Translations under genes and position numbers: made by a program
Shown: one piece after another, positions 52,249 to 62,767 of the stretch
How positions within the stretch are numbered: position 1 is the first letter of the stretch
Layout: each line of letters opens with the position of its first letter
Assembly (NCBI GenBank): GCA_041694855.1
Contig: JBGFSB010000024.1
Span: 1-64,000, forward strand
Length of the DNA stretch: 64,000 bases
Origin: Deinococcota bacterium
GTDB taxonomy: Bacteria > Deinococcota > Deinococci > Deinococcales > Thermaceae
Reading direction: 5' to 3'
The notes under the pieces: generated by a model
Told to the model about the DNA's origin: nothing
The model's input: only the letters and a program-made list of their open reading frames with translations
The model's database searches: none

Positions 52249-52459
52249 AAAACGCAATTCAACCAGATAACCCGCAGGGTGAAACCAGCAATTCAGTCCA
52301 GAACCTCCTCTGCGGGGCAGTTCTCGAGAATACCTTGCCGCAAGAGGGCAATCACGGGCAAGGCGACCACCAGGAGCAGCATCAAAGACAATAAACCTTC
52401 CACAAGGTCAGATTAGGTTGGGTTGGTCAGACCAGGGTCAGTGTGGGTTTGACCAAACA

Positions 52460-52708
52460 TCAGGAGGCTTCGTCTTTGCTGGGGTTCTTCGACAGGGTGC
52501 GCTGACTGGCTTTGATACCTGCTTCAAAATCAATTTCCATGGGGGGTTTGTCGTCCATATCTACAAATACCGAGGGGTTGTACGGTTGAGAATTATGGGT
52601 GTCGGAGGTTGGACTGGCACCGGACTGGCCCAGTCTGCCCAGGTAGTAAACCCCAACCCCAACCAGAACAAAAAGCCCCAAGAGCGCCACCAGCCACACC
52701 CAAGACAT
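52460..52708 (-). CDS. Small single-TM membrane protein, hypothetical
   Basis: 82 aa, hydrophobic N-terminus + polar tail; no family. Confidence 0.45.
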   Translation of the reverse strand: MSWVWLVALLGLFVLVGVGVYYLGRLGQSGASPTSDTHNSQPYNPSVFVDMDDKPPMEIDFEAGIKASQRTLSKNPSKDEAS

Positions 52709-52994
52709 ATAGCCCTATGCTACCGCAGGTAGGCCGGAAAGACTGCCTGCGCCTGGTCAAATGCAGCGTCTACCGAAGGTTTTAAGCAGAAAAATTGTCA
52801 ACCCAAACCGCGAAATCGCTGTCGCACCGAGCAAAGAGGAACCTTTTGCAGTACACAAAGACATTTTCTGCACAACCGACGGCCCACCGGTCAGCAAAAA
52901 GATGCCGCCTGGCAAGAACCGTTCCTCGGAATGACACGCTCTCCTTCCCTGCGTTAGCAACCGCGAAACCGCCTTTCTTGTGCGGGCCCAGCGG

Positions 52995-55364
52995 TCAAAT
53001 GACCTCACGGAAGCCGATGGCCTCGGCCCTGGCTTGGAGTTCGCGCTTCAGGAGGGCGTGTTGGGGTTTGTCCAGGTAGGGGTCGGCCTCCAGGATCGCC
53101 CTGGCCAGCTCCCGACTCCGCTCGATAATTTCCTGGTCGGTGGCCAGGTCGCCCAGCCGCAGGTCGGGCATCCCCGACTGACGCACCCCCCGCAGCTCAC
53201 CAGGGCCGCGCAGTTCCAGATCCTTCTCGGCGATATAGAAGCCGTCGGTGGATTCCTCGATGACCCGCAGGCGGCTCAGCGTGCGTTTGGAGGTCTCGCC
53301 GGCAATCAGAATGCAGTAGGCCTCCAGGCCCCCCCGCCCCACCCGCCCGCGCAACTGGTGAAGCTGGGCCAGCCCGAAGCGCTCAGCGTTTTCAATGATC
53401 ATCAGGGTAGCCTGGGGAATATCCACCCCTACCTCAATTACGGTGGTCGAGACCAGCAGATCGAAGGCTCCGTGTTTGAAGCGTTCCATCACCGCGTCTT
53501 TTTCATCGGACTTCATCCGGCCGTGCAGCAGGTCAATGCGCACGTCGGGTAGGAGGGTTTCCAACTCCTCGCGCAGCCGGGTGGCGGCGGCCAGCTCGGC
53601 AGTGGCCTCCGACTCGCCCTCCTCAATCATCGGTGTGACCACAAAAACCCGGTGCCCTTTCTGGATTTCCTGCCGGGCGAAGGCGTAGGCCTGGGTTCGG
53701 GTTTTCTGGGTCAGGATTTTGGTCTTGATCGGGGTACGGCCCGGGGGTAGCTCGTCAATCTGCGAGACCTCGAGGTCGCCGTACAGGGTCAGCGCCAGCG
53801 AACGCGGGATGGGAGTAGCCGACATCACCAGCACATCCGGGCGCTGCCCCAGCAGCCTGCGCCGCTGCATCACCCCAAAGCGGTGCTCCTCGTCAATCAC
53901 CGCCAGGCCCAGATCGCGGAACTCCACCCCCTCCTGAATCAGGGCATGGGTGCCCACCACCACCTGGGTCTCGCCATTCTTGAGCCGCTCCTGCACACCC
54001 CTTTTTTCACCACCTGTCATCGAACCCACCAGCAAATCCACCAAAACCCCCAGCGGGTATAGATAACGGATCAGGTTGTCGAAGTGTTGTTTAGCCAGAA
54101 TCTCGGTGGGGGCCATCAGGGCGCCCTGGGCCTGGTTCTGGGCTGCTACATAGAGCGCTGCGGCGGCCACTGCGGTTTTGCCCGAGCCCACATCCCCCTG
54201 CACCAGCCGGGCCATCTGCCGCTCGGACTGCATATCGGCCAGAATTTCGTTCAGCACCCGCTCCTGGGCACCTGTCAGGGTGAAAGGAAGCGCAGAGCGA
54301 AAGCGCTGCACCATCTCCGGCGCGACCCTGAACATCCGGCCCAGGAGCGCCGAGCCGCCCGACTGGATCATCACCTTGAGTTCTAAGAGCAAGAACTCGT
54401 CGAACTTGAGGCGGTAGAGGGCCTGCTCGAGGTTCTTCTCAGCATCGGGGAAGTGGGCCTGGCGCAGGGCAAAATCCAGGCTGGGGAGCAACGGCTTGCT
54501 GCCCTCCGGAACGACTTGCTCCAGCGCGTCGGGGATTTGCGGAAAAGCCTCGAGGGCCCGCCAGGCTGCCCGGCGCAGGAACGCCTGTCCAATGCCCTCT
54601 TTGGCTGGATAGACCGGCACGATGCGCCCGGTGGAGAGCGATTCGCCGCCTTCGTCCTCGAAATACTCGACCATCATCGAGAGACTGCCGCCGCGTTTTT
54701 GTACCCGGCCGGTTAGCACAATGCTGGCTCCTTCCGGCATCTGCTTCAGTACCCAGGGCTGGTTGAACCAGACCCCCGTAAACTTCCAGCCCCAGGCATC
54801 CAGAAAGCGCACCTGTACCAGTTGCAGCCCTTTTTTGGCGGTCTTGACCAGTTCACGGCTCAGAACCTTACCCACCACCGTGGCTTTGGCCCCATCCTCC
54901 ACCTCGCGCACCCCTTGCAGGGTGCGGCGGTCTTCGTAGCGGCGGGGGTAGCTGTGCAGCAGATCGCGCACCACCCGGATGCCCAGTTCGGCCAGCTTTT
55001 TCTTGCCGCCTGTCCCAAGGTTCAGGGCTTCGATGGGGGTGTCAAAGTGGATGTCGGGGGTCGAGGATCGAGGGTCGAGGGCGGGTGACGAACCAGGGGA
55101 GCGGGGGGGCGGGGGAGCCAGGAGGCTACTGGAAGCGGATGCCTGCTCACCCAGTAATTCGATGGCCTTTTCCAGCTGCACTTTGCGTAGCTCCAGATCC
55201 ATCTGACGATAACCCGCCAGTGCTTTGCCCACCTCGGGGAAGGGATGGCCCAGGTTCTCGAGTAGCTTCTCCAGGCCCCCCGCCACCACCCGGTCGTGGG
55301 CGCCATCCGTGAGTTCGCGCAGGATCGGACGGAGCAACCGGGCTTTGAGCTCTTCGCGGGTCAC
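52995..55364 (-). CDS. recG: ATP-dependent DNA helicase RecG
   Basis: Wedge domain, DEEHRFGV helicase motif II, full-length RecG similarity. Confidence 0.95.
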   Translation of the reverse strand: MTREELKARLLRPILRELTDGAHDRVVAGGLEKLLENLGHPFPEVGKALAGYRQMDLELRKVQLEKAIELLGEQASASSSLLAPPPPRSPGSSPALDPRSSTPDIHFDTPIEALNLGTGGKKKLAELGIRVVRDLLHSYPRRYEDRRTLQGVREVEDGAKATVVGKVLSRELVKTAKKGLQLVQVRFLDAWGWKFTGVWFNQPWVLKQMPEGASIVLTGRVQKRGGSLSMMVEYFEDEGGESLSTGRIVPVYPAKEGIGQAFLRRAAWRALEAFPQIPDALEQVVPEGSKPLLPSLDFALRQAHFPDAEKNLEQALYRLKFDEFLLLELKVMIQSGGSALLGRMFRVAPEMVQRFRSALPFTLTGAQERVLNEILADMQSERQMARLVQGDVGSGKTAVAAAALYVAAQNQAQGALMAPTEILAKQHFDNLIRYLYPLGVLVDLLVGSMTGGEKRGVQERLKNGETQVVVGTHALIQEGVEFRDLGLAVIDEEHRFGVMQRRRLLGQRPDVLVMSATPIPRSLALTLYGDLEVSQIDELPPGRTPIKTKILTQKTRTQAYAFARQEIQKGHRVFVVTPMIEEGESEATAELAAATRLREELETLLPDVRIDLLHGRMKSDEKDAVMERFKHGAFDLLVSTTVIEVGVDIPQATLMIIENAERFGLAQLHQLRGRVGRGGLEAYCILIAGETSKRTLSRLRVIEESTDGFYIAEKDLELRGPGELRGVRQSGMPDLRLGDLATDQEIIERSRELARAILEADPYLDKPQHALLKRELQARAEAIGFREVI

Positions 55365-55464
55365 GGCTTCCTCAACTTATTGTACCCAGGGGATTGGAGG
55401 CAATCGAGAACTGCGTAAGCCCTTATCCTGAATTAGGAAAACACTGGGGTGTCCTCCTGAGCCC

Positions 55465-55610
55465 TTCGATCACCCTTCGACGACGCTCAGGGCCAGACTC
55501 AGGGCAGGCTCAACACCCCACGGAAGGGTCTGAGGGGCTGTACTGCCCGGACGTAAGCGCACCGGTTTCTTCGGTCTGACGGCCTCAGAATGACCCTTCG
55601 GTATCCAGCT
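55465..55610. repeat. Intergenic repeat cluster (CCTCCTGAG, CCCTTCGA x2, CTCAGAATGAC, CCTTCGG) upstream of recG / M16 genes
   Basis: Contains both orientations of the GTCATTCTGAG-family half sites and CGAAGG motifs. Confidence 0.4.
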
Positions 55611-55770
55611 CCACGGTGGTGCTAAGAGCCTGCCGGTTCTGGAAGGGGTGATCCTCGAGATACATCCCCAGGCCAGGCTGGAAGCTGGCCATGGGTCAGC
55701 AAGGCTACCGGGCTGCCCACTGGTTGAAAGGTCATGGTCTGGGGGTGGTCAACTCGTATACTTGGGCGAT

Positions 55771-57000
55771 ATGGCTTTATCCCGGTTCGAAATTCTGCCC
55801 AATGGACTGACGCTGGCAGTGGAGGAACAGCCCTGGAACCCCGGCGTGGCGATGCAACTACTGGTTCCTGTGGGAGCCCTGAGCGACCCCGAGGGGATGG
55901 TGGGGGCGGCTGGCCTGTTGGAAGGTTGGCTCTGGAAAGGGGCCGGTGGCCGGGATGCACGGGCGCTGGCGGATGCTTTAGATGATCTGGGGGTGCAGCG
56001 GGGGAGCTCGAGCGCCCTCGAGCACACCACCTTTGCTGCGCAGTTTTTGGCCAACAAACTCCCGGCGGTGCTGTCGTTGTATGCCGATGCCCTCATGCGC
56101 CCGCATCTGCCGGGCGAGGCGCTGGAGGCCGTGCGCCAGACCGCTTTGCAGGAACTGGCAGCCCTGGAGGATCAACCGCCCAAAAAGATGTTTGCCGCCC
56201 TGCGCCGGGCAGTGTTTGCAAGCCATCATGGGCGCAACCCCAGCGGGGTCAAGGCTGATCTGGAAAGCATTTCCGCCGAGGCCCTGCGCGAGGATTTTGC
56301 GCGGCGGTATGGGCCGCAGGGAGCCATCCTGGCCCTGGCGGGGGGGGTGAGCCTCGAGCGGGCCAGGGAGGCCGTACTGAACACCCTGGGCGACTGGAAG
56401 GGTGGCGGGGTGGGGTATCCGGCGATTGAGTTGCGGCCCGCCCACACCATCCACCTCGAGCAAGACACCGCCCAGGTGCAGATTGGCCTGATCTACCCAG
56501 ACATCTCCTTCGACCACCCCGAGTTTTACAGCGCACGCCTGGCCTCCCAGGTGCTCTCGGGGGGGAGCAGCAGCCGCCTGTTTACCGAGGTGCGGGAGAA
56601 GCGGGGCCTGGTCTACTCGGTGTATGCCGCACCCAACGGCATCAAAGGCTATAGTTACCTCACGGCGTATGCCGGCACCACCCCCGAGCGGGCCGACGAA
56701 ACCCTGCGCGTGGTGCAGGCCGAGGTGGCCCGGCTTGCGGAGGGGGTTAGCGAGGAGGAGCTCGAGCGCACCCGGATTGGTTTGCGAACGGCCCTGGTGA
56801 TGCAGGATGAATCGTCGCGCTCGAGGGCAGCCAGCATCACCCGCGACCTCTACCTGATTGGCCGGGTTCGGACTCTGGACGAGATCGAGACCCAGATCGC
56901 GGCGGTGGATGTGCCGCGCATCAACCGTTACCTGGCCGCCAACCCCTACCAGAACCCCTGGATCGCTACCCTGGGGCCGAGGAAGCTGGCCATGACGTGA
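55771..57000 (+). CDS. M16-family (pitrilysin-like) peptidase, probable non-catalytic subunit
   Basis: M16 fold similarity but no HxxEH motif; ATG 55771 preferred over ORF-track start. Confidence 0.85.
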   Translation: MALSRFEILPNGLTLAVEEQPWNPGVAMQLLVPVGALSDPEGMVGAAGLLEGWLWKGAGGRDARALADALDDLGVQRGSSSALEHTTFAAQFLANKLPAVLSLYADALMRPHLPGEALEAVRQTALQELAALEDQPPKKMFAALRRAVFASHHGRNPSGVKADLESISAEALREDFARRYGPQGAILALAGGVSLERAREAVLNTLGDWKGGGVGYPAIELRPAHTIHLEQDTAQVQIGLIYPDISFDHPEFYSARLASQVLSGGSSSRLFTEVREKRGLVYSVYAAPNGIKGYSYLTAYAGTTPERADETLRVVQAEVARLAEGVSEEELERTRIGLRTALVMQDESSRSRAASITRDLYLIGRVRTLDEIETQIAAVDVPRINRYLAANPYQNPWIATLGPRKLAMT

Positions 57001-57119
57001 TGGCCGAGGGGCTGGGGAGAAAAAGCCACCACGGGCACTTTTCCGGTTCTGCCCTGCCCCCGCCTCGGTCCATGGATCACCCCCCGGATTTCCGTTCCTG
57101 ACCCCCCTTTACCCTCGGA

Positions 57120-58364
57120 GTGAGTATGACCCACACCAAGTCTGCTGTGCAGTTCAAGCAAGCCACCCTCGAGAACGGCCTGACCGTCATTGCCGAGGTC
57201 AATCCTGAGGCCAAAAGTGTAGCTCTGGGCTATTTTTGCAAGACCGGTAGCCGGGACGAAACCCCGGAAATGGCCGGGGTGTCGCACTTTCTGGAACATA
57301 TGCTGTTCAAGGGATCGGCCAGGCGCGATGGCTTCGAGGTGAACCTCGAGTTCGATCGGATGGGCGCACAGTACAACGCCTATACCTCCGAAGAGAATAC
57401 GGTCTACTACGGGGCGGTGCTGCCCGAGTTTGCCCCCCGCCTGCTAGAACTCTGGACCGACCTGATGCGCCCGGCCTTGCGCCCGGATGACTTCGACACC
57501 GAGAAACAGGTTATTCTGGAAGAAATTGCCCTCTACGAAGACCGGCCCAACATCATCCTTTTTGACTGGGGGCGGGCGCGGTACTTTGCCGGGCATCCGC
57601 TGGGCAACAGCGTGCTGGGCACGGCCCGTTCGATTGGCGCGTTGACCCGCGACCAGATGGCCCAGTACCAGGCTCGACGCTATGCCCCCTCCAACCTGGT
57701 ACTGACCCTGACAGGCAAGGTGGAGTGGGAGCGAACCCTCGAGCGGGTGCAACAGCTCACCGCCTCCTGGGCCAAAGGCCAGGCCGAGCGGGCCTATCCC
57801 GAAGTTGACCCAACCGTGGGAGAGCTGCGCGAGCCTTATTCCAAAGCCACTCAGACCTACCTGGCGCTGCTGGCCCCTGGTGTTTCGGCCCAGGATTCGC
57901 GACGCTATGCGGCCAGCATCCTGGCCAATATCCTGGGCGAGGAGGGCAACAGCCGACTCCACTGGGCCCTAACCGACAAGGGACTGGTGGAGTCGGTGGG
58001 GGCGGGGGCGGATCAGGCCGACCGGGCCGGGCTGTTTTATGTCTATGCCCAGACCAGCCCCGCCAACGAGGAGGTAGTGAAGGCCGTGCTGCGCGCAGAG
58101 CTGGATCGGCTCGAGCGCGAAGGGGTGCGTTCAGCAGAGCTCGAGCAGGCCAAGAACAAGCTCGCCACCGCCCTGGTGTTTGCGGGTGAAACCCCCATGC
58201 AACGTCTGATGAGTGTAGGCCTCAACCATGCCTACAACCAGACCTACGAGCCCCTGGGCGAACTGGCCCGCAAGGTCGAGGCGGTCACGCTGGCCGATGT
58301 AAATGGGCTTCTGGAGGCCAGGCCCTTTAGCAAGAGCTTTATATACAGCCTGGTACCCGCCTGA
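57120..58364 (+). CDS. M16-family zinc peptidase, catalytic subunit
   Basis: HFLEHMLF inverted zincin motif (HxxEH). Confidence 0.9.
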   Translation: MSMTHTKSAVQFKQATLENGLTVIAEVNPEAKSVALGYFCKTGSRDETPEMAGVSHFLEHMLFKGSARRDGFEVNLEFDRMGAQYNAYTSEENTVYYGAVLPEFAPRLLELWTDLMRPALRPDDFDTEKQVILEEIALYEDRPNIILFDWGRARYFAGHPLGNSVLGTARSIGALTRDQMAQYQARRYAPSNLVLTLTGKVEWERTLERVQQLTASWAKGQAERAYPEVDPTVGELREPYSKATQTYLALLAPGVSAQDSRRYAASILANILGEEGNSRLHWALTDKGLVESVGAGADQADRAGLFYVYAQTSPANEEVVKAVLRAELDRLEREGVRSAELEQAKNKLATALVFAGETPMQRLMSVGLNHAYNQTYEPLGELARKVEAVTLADVNGLLEARPFSKSFIYSLVPA

Positions 58365-58772
58365 TGCGTCAGAAAAAAGAGCCTGGCTTTGACCCGGCCC
58401 GCCTTAGCGGGGCCTGAAGGCACGGGATACGACGATTGCAGGCCGGCAGTGAACCGGAAGATATTCAGCGGTTAAGGCCGCCGCGTAGTGGTGGGTACAT
58501 CCTCTGCTTGTCTACCCTCTTTATGGATGCGTTTTCTGATGGAACCTGATAAAATCGGCGACAGGTACAAATACAACTGCTCGGGGCCTCGAGCCAGCCG
58601 AACCAACCCGGATGGCCCCCCGCACCGAGTCGAGAAAGGGGCAGGTTTTGGATGAATACAGTTTCGTCGGAGTCTGGATCCCATAAATTGCGGCATAACA
58701 TCCCTTTTTGGGGTGCTATACCGCAGGTGTGGTGTAACTAGTAGTTAGGTTTCTCACTACACACTACCGGAC

Positions 58773-59552
58773 ATGAAAATCAAACAATACCAAGTAGATG
58801 CTTTTGCAACCCGAGCTTTTGAGGGAAACCCGGCGGCAGTGTGCCCCTTGGAAAGCTGGTTGGACGATGACTTGCTTCAAGCCATCGCCGAAGAAAATAA
58901 CTTGTCAGAGACCGCGTTCTTCGTACCCAGCGCAAAGGGGTTTAACCTGAGATGGTTTACCCCGGTCAAGGAAGTTGATCTATGTGGCCATGCCACATTG
59001 GCAACGGCTCACGTAATCTTTGAATATCTTGGTTTCACAGAATCAGTCATTACATTCGAAACGCGTAGCGGTGATCTATTCGTGAAAAAGCGGGGAAGTC
59101 TCTTGCAAATGGATTTCCCCGCGTACAAGTTAACCGCTTGCGAGATTTCCGAAGCCTTGGTTCAAGGCCTTGGCGTGCGTCCTATAGAGGTATTGGCCGG
59201 CGACGACTACTTGGCCGTGTTCGATAGCGAAGCAACCGTTCGCGCCATCACGCCAAACCACGCCCTGCTCGGCCAGCTCGATTTGCGCGGCGTTATCGTT
59301 ACTGCGCCAGGCACTGATGTGGATTTTGTCAGTCGTTTCTTTGCCCCCAAGATCGGTATTCCTGAAGATCCCGTCACCGGTGCCGCCCATTGCAAGCTTG
59401 CGCCGTACTGGGCCGAAAAACTTGGTAAAAATACTCTGTCCGCCAGACAGGTATCTAAGCGTGGTGGCAACCTCACATGCGAGGTAAAAACCGGCAGAGT
59501 GGTACTGACCGGAAGTGCCGTAACGTTCATGGAGGCAGAAATTGCCTTCTAA
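58773..59552 (+). CDS. PhzF-family phenazine-biosynthesis-like isomerase
   Basis: Full-length PhzF/YHI9 similarity (FATRAFEGNPAAV ... SETAF). Confidence 0.9.
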   Translation: MKIKQYQVDAFATRAFEGNPAAVCPLESWLDDDLLQAIAEENNLSETAFFVPSAKGFNLRWFTPVKEVDLCGHATLATAHVIFEYLGFTESVITFETRSGDLFVKKRGSLLQMDFPAYKLTACEISEALVQGLGVRPIEVLAGDDYLAVFDSEATVRAITPNHALLGQLDLRGVIVTAPGTDVDFVSRFFAPKIGIPEDPVTGAAHCKLAPYWAEKLGKNTLSARQVSKRGGNLTCEVKTGRVVLTGSAVTFMEAEIAF

Positions 59553-60111
59553 ACCTAACGAGGCGCTCAAGCCGACCCGCTTCCGCTACGCTCCAGCGGT
59601 CGGCTTAGCTTTGCGTTGGGCGGACTCAAGAGGAGTAGAGAAAATGAAAGATGTTCAAATGACCGCCGGAGTTACCACGGGAGATCAATTCGAAACCGTC
59701 CACTACCCGGACGATGAAATCATCCTTCGTGTCGCGCGCGGCGGGAACGTGCAAGTGATTGAATATAACTCGACTGACCGGGAGGGGCCGCCGTCACATT
59801 CCCACGCCTGGGACGAAATCCAATATGTCATCGAGGGCGAAGTGGATTTTTACGTGAACGGGCAGTGGATCCATGGCGGCCCCGGCACCGTGCAGATGCT
59901 GCCTGCCGGGGCCTATCATTTCGTACGCGTCCCCGAGGGTACGGCAAGATTGTTGTTTATCACGATTGGCCCACCCTTTGATGGCATGGCGCGTGAGCTG
60001 GCCGCCTTCTTTGCCAAGGGCACGTACTATACCGATTTGTCGCCGCTCCGCGAAATCGTGAGGCGCTACGGTCTTCGACTCGAAGGCGACAGTGCCAAGA
60101 GCAACCCATAG
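59542..60111 (+). CDS. Cupin-domain protein
   Basis: Cupin motifs (HSHAWDEIQYVIEGE ... GAYHFVRVP); overlaps phzF-like stop; alt start ATG 59644. Confidence 0.7.
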   Translation: MPSKPNEALKPTRFRYAPAVGLALRWADSRGVEKMKDVQMTAGVTTGDQFETVHYPDDEIILRVARGGNVQVIEYNSTDREGPPSHSHAWDEIQYVIEGEVDFYVNGQWIHGGPGTVQMLPAGAYHFVRVPEGTARLLFITIGPPFDGMARELAAFFAKGTYYTDLSPLREIVRRYGLRLEGDSAKSNP

Positions 60112-60278
60112 ACAGCCGCCCTGGCGGGTGCCGAGGCTGCCCACCGATGAGCTGCATTCTGATAACTCCAAGTCCACTCATCACGGGTTGCAGGTGACAG
60201 GGCTTGGCCCGACAAGTTTGAGCAGGTCGCTACTTTCCCGCCCGCGCTTGAACCCAGTCGTTCGATAAAGGAGAAATT

Positions 60279-61040
60279 ATGAGCGTTCTAATTGAGGCTT
60301 TCTCTCTTATAATCAAGGTTGAAACGATCCAGTCCCATTTCAAGAACGGCATAAATACCTACCAAGATATTGTGGTGAATGAAACCTTTTGCAGCGATGG
60401 GTTCCTTACTCGGGTGGGTTTCATGAGCCAACATGAGTTGGAGGAATTCATCAACTGCCTGGGATATTTGGGGCTTATACAGCGAGATCAGGATTTTGCT
60501 GTCACCTGTGGAGATGAAATTCTCACTGAAACACCTTGGCTAAAACTTGAGAAGAATCCCAACGGATTTTTCTTTGCCTTTCATGCGCATGGAGATCCTG
60601 GGGAATTGGTATTTCCTAAGATCTTTGATAAAGATATGAAGAAAATTGACCCCGAAAACCTTGTATGTTTGGGGTATAGTAGGGGGAACATTGTAAGTTA
60701 TGACAAAACTTCTGGGCTGTTAATGTTTTCTCCAAAGTCCGCAGTTAGGGAAAAGCTAAATTTCGCACGAATAGAAGAAATGAACGAAACTATTAAGATC
60801 GAGAGTAGCCACTTTTCAGATTATGAAAACTTGATTACCCGCCAAATTGCTTGTCTGATGAAAAGAGGAAATCGCTACCAAAGGCAGTTTGTTCAATACA
60901 TGGCCGATTTCATCGTTACAAAGGCACAAGAGGATTTCAGCCTTAAAGCTGAAATTTCCATTGATTCTTTGTTGGATGCTGGTGTCTCAATTGGGTATTT
61001 CAAATGCGATTCCTCAAAAGAGCAATACTGGAGAGAATAG
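60279..61040 (+). CDS. Hypothetical protein, 253 aa, AT-rich (~40% GC), no family recognised
   Basis: Long ORF with AAAGGAGAAATT SD; foreign base composition. Confidence 0.6.
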   Translation: MSVLIEAFSLIIKVETIQSHFKNGINTYQDIVVNETFCSDGFLTRVGFMSQHELEEFINCLGYLGLIQRDQDFAVTCGDEILTETPWLKLEKNPNGFFFAFHAHGDPGELVFPKIFDKDMKKIDPENLVCLGYSRGNIVSYDKTSGLLMFSPKSAVREKLNFARIEEMNETIKIESSHFSDYENLITRQIACLMKRGNRYQRQFVQYMADFIVTKAQEDFSLKAEISIDSLLDAGVSIGYFKCDSSKEQYWRE

Positions 61041-61041
61041 T

Positions 61042-61173
61042 ATGTCGAACAATGCATTCGGGTGGGCTTGGGGGCTCGGCTCCAATAAAGGTTGGGTGGT
61101 TTTCCTGGTTTGTTTTGTCCGTTGGGCGGCGGAGTTTGGGAGAAGCCCCCAAGCCGCTCAACGCGAGCGTTAG
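61042..61173 (+). CDS. Possible 43-aa Trp/Gly-rich small ORF (MSNNAFGWAWGLGSNKGWVVFLVCF...)
   Basis: Start 2 nt after upstream stop; below ORF-track size cutoff; may be spurious. Confidence 0.25.
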   Translation: MSNNAFGWAWGLGSNKGWVVFLVCFVRWAAEFGRSPQAAQRER

Positions 61174-61184
61174 ATAGCACTGTA

Positions 61185-61727
61185 ATGAGCACGTCTATTC
61201 ACGACTTCGCTGTGTATGCTCGACAATTTGTTTTCTGGGCGGAAAGCGAGCCTGGCGAATCCGTCGAGGAGGTGAGGGTGGCGCTATGCCATCTCACTTC
61301 GCTATGTCGCAGCGCACTCTTTCTCCCCGATACTTATGGTGACGAAGAGGCTGAGGAGGTATCTTTGGAGTCAAGAAAGCAGATATTCCGGCGTTTTGGC
61401 ATTTTGCCATTTAGCTACTACGCGAACTGCTTCGATCCCCTTGTAGTGCCTGGCGAAGAACCGGTTGTGGCCAATGTGGCAGACGACCTCTCGGACATCT
61501 GGGGCGACCTGAAATCGGGATTGAGTCTCTATGATGCCGGTCACCTGAGTGCGGCGGCTTGGGAATGGCGACAGATGTTTTTGAGTCATTGGGGGCATCA
61601 TGCCTCTGGTGCCATCTACGCGCTTCATTGCTGGCTTGCAGCAAACCAGGACAAAATGCCATCTAACCCACCGGTTCACCCGACGCTGCGGGCGGCTGAC
61701 GCCCATGGTAGAGCGACCAAGGAGTAG
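61185..61727 (+). CDS. Hypothetical protein, 180 aa (ATG 61185 within ORF 61092-61727); vaguely recalls DUF5063-type proteins, unverified
   Basis: Intermediate GC (~52%); acidic mid-region; WEWRQMF ... HWGHHA segment. Confidence 0.55.
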   Translation: MSTSIHDFAVYARQFVFWAESEPGESVEEVRVALCHLTSLCRSALFLPDTYGDEEAEEVSLESRKQIFRRFGILPFSYYANCFDPLVVPGEEPVVANVADDLSDIWGDLKSGLSLYDAGHLSAAAWEWRQMFLSHWGHHASGAIYALHCWLAANQDKMPSNPPVHPTLRAADAHGRATKE

Positions 61728-61735
61728 TATCCGAT

Positions 61736-62767
61736 ATGAGTCTCTTTCTAATCGTATTGATAATTTTCGCTACAATCGCATTGTTGATTCTTTATTCAGG
61801 ACCTAGGCTTAAACTTGAAACCCTAAGAATTATTGATAAGACATTAAATGAGGAACTACCTGAGCTAATAAAAGGAAAAACGGGGTTTGTCTTGTCCAAT
61901 AATGTCAGAATTTGGTATGAGTTAATATCGCCTGCAACACCAGCAAGAGGTGTGATCTGTTTATTGATGTCAAACGCTGCAGATGCATTAATGTGGCCAC
62001 CTTCATTTATAAATCGGTTTACCGCAGCAGGATTTGAAGTGCTTCGATTCGACTATAGAGGGACTGGCCAGTCTGATTGGGTAGCCAATTGGAATAAAAA
62101 AAATGCATATTCGCTTTATGACATGGCTAACGATGTAAAATCTATTATAGATACTTTAGCTATTTCTCGTGTCCATATTCTTGGATTTTCACTTGGTGGA
62201 ATGATTGCTCAAGAAGTTGCGATTAATTACCCAGATAGGGTTGCGTCACTTACCTTGGTGATGACTACAGGTGATGCTACTGATCCCACAATGAAAATAT
62301 TAAATACGAGATATCTATTAAGCTCATTTATTAGATCTATTCCAATAATAAAGTATCGAATAATTGGTGGAGAAAGAAACTTAATAATAGAACGAATACT
62401 AAAAATGAAATTAATACGAGGCGAAAATAGTTTTGATATTAAGGAGACAGCACAACAAGTATTATATGATTTAAGAAGACGAAAGGGCGTTAATATACGA
62501 GCAGTTTTTCAACATTTTAGAGCTGTAGCAATATCTGGTTCGAGATATGATAAGCTAAAGAATCTAAGATTGCCTACACTTATAGTACATGGAACTAATG
62601 ATGAAATCTTTCCTATAGAGCATGGGAAGAAATTGGTTGAGTTAATCCCAAATGCTAAATTTATATGGTTAGATGGTGTTGGACATGTATTTCCAATACC
62701 AAATATGGATAATATTGTAGTAAAAGTCATAGAAAACATGAACACTCAAACAACTGCTTCAACCTGA
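61736..62767 (+). CDS. Alpha/beta hydrolase fold protein with N-terminal TM anchor, very AT-rich (~37% GC)
   Basis: GFSLGG nucleophile elbow (GxSxG), LVMTTGD, HGTNDE and GHV catalytic-triad-like positions. Confidence 0.8.
   Translation: MSLFLIVLIIFATIALLILYSGPRLKLETLRIIDKTLNEELPELIKGKTGFVLSNNVRIWYELISPATPARGVICLLMSNAADALMWPPSFINRFTAAGFEVLRFDYRGTGQSDWVANWNKKNAYSLYDMANDVKSIIDTLAISRVHILGFSLGGMIAQEVAINYPDRVASLTLVMTTGDATDPTMKILNTRYLLSSFIRSIPIIKYRIIGGERNLIIERILKMKLIRGENSFDIKETAQQVLYDLRRRKGVNIRAVFQHFRAVAISGSRYDKLKNLRLPTLIVHGTNDEIFPIEHGKKLVELIPNAKFIWLDGVGHVFPIPNMDNIVVKVIENMNTQTTAST

Noticed and set aside
52293-52382. 30-codon hydrophobic ORF (MLLLLVVALPVIALL...) on minus strand downstream of small membrane protein gene
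   Set aside because: GGAAGG upstream, but too short and unconserved to support without expression or conservation data.
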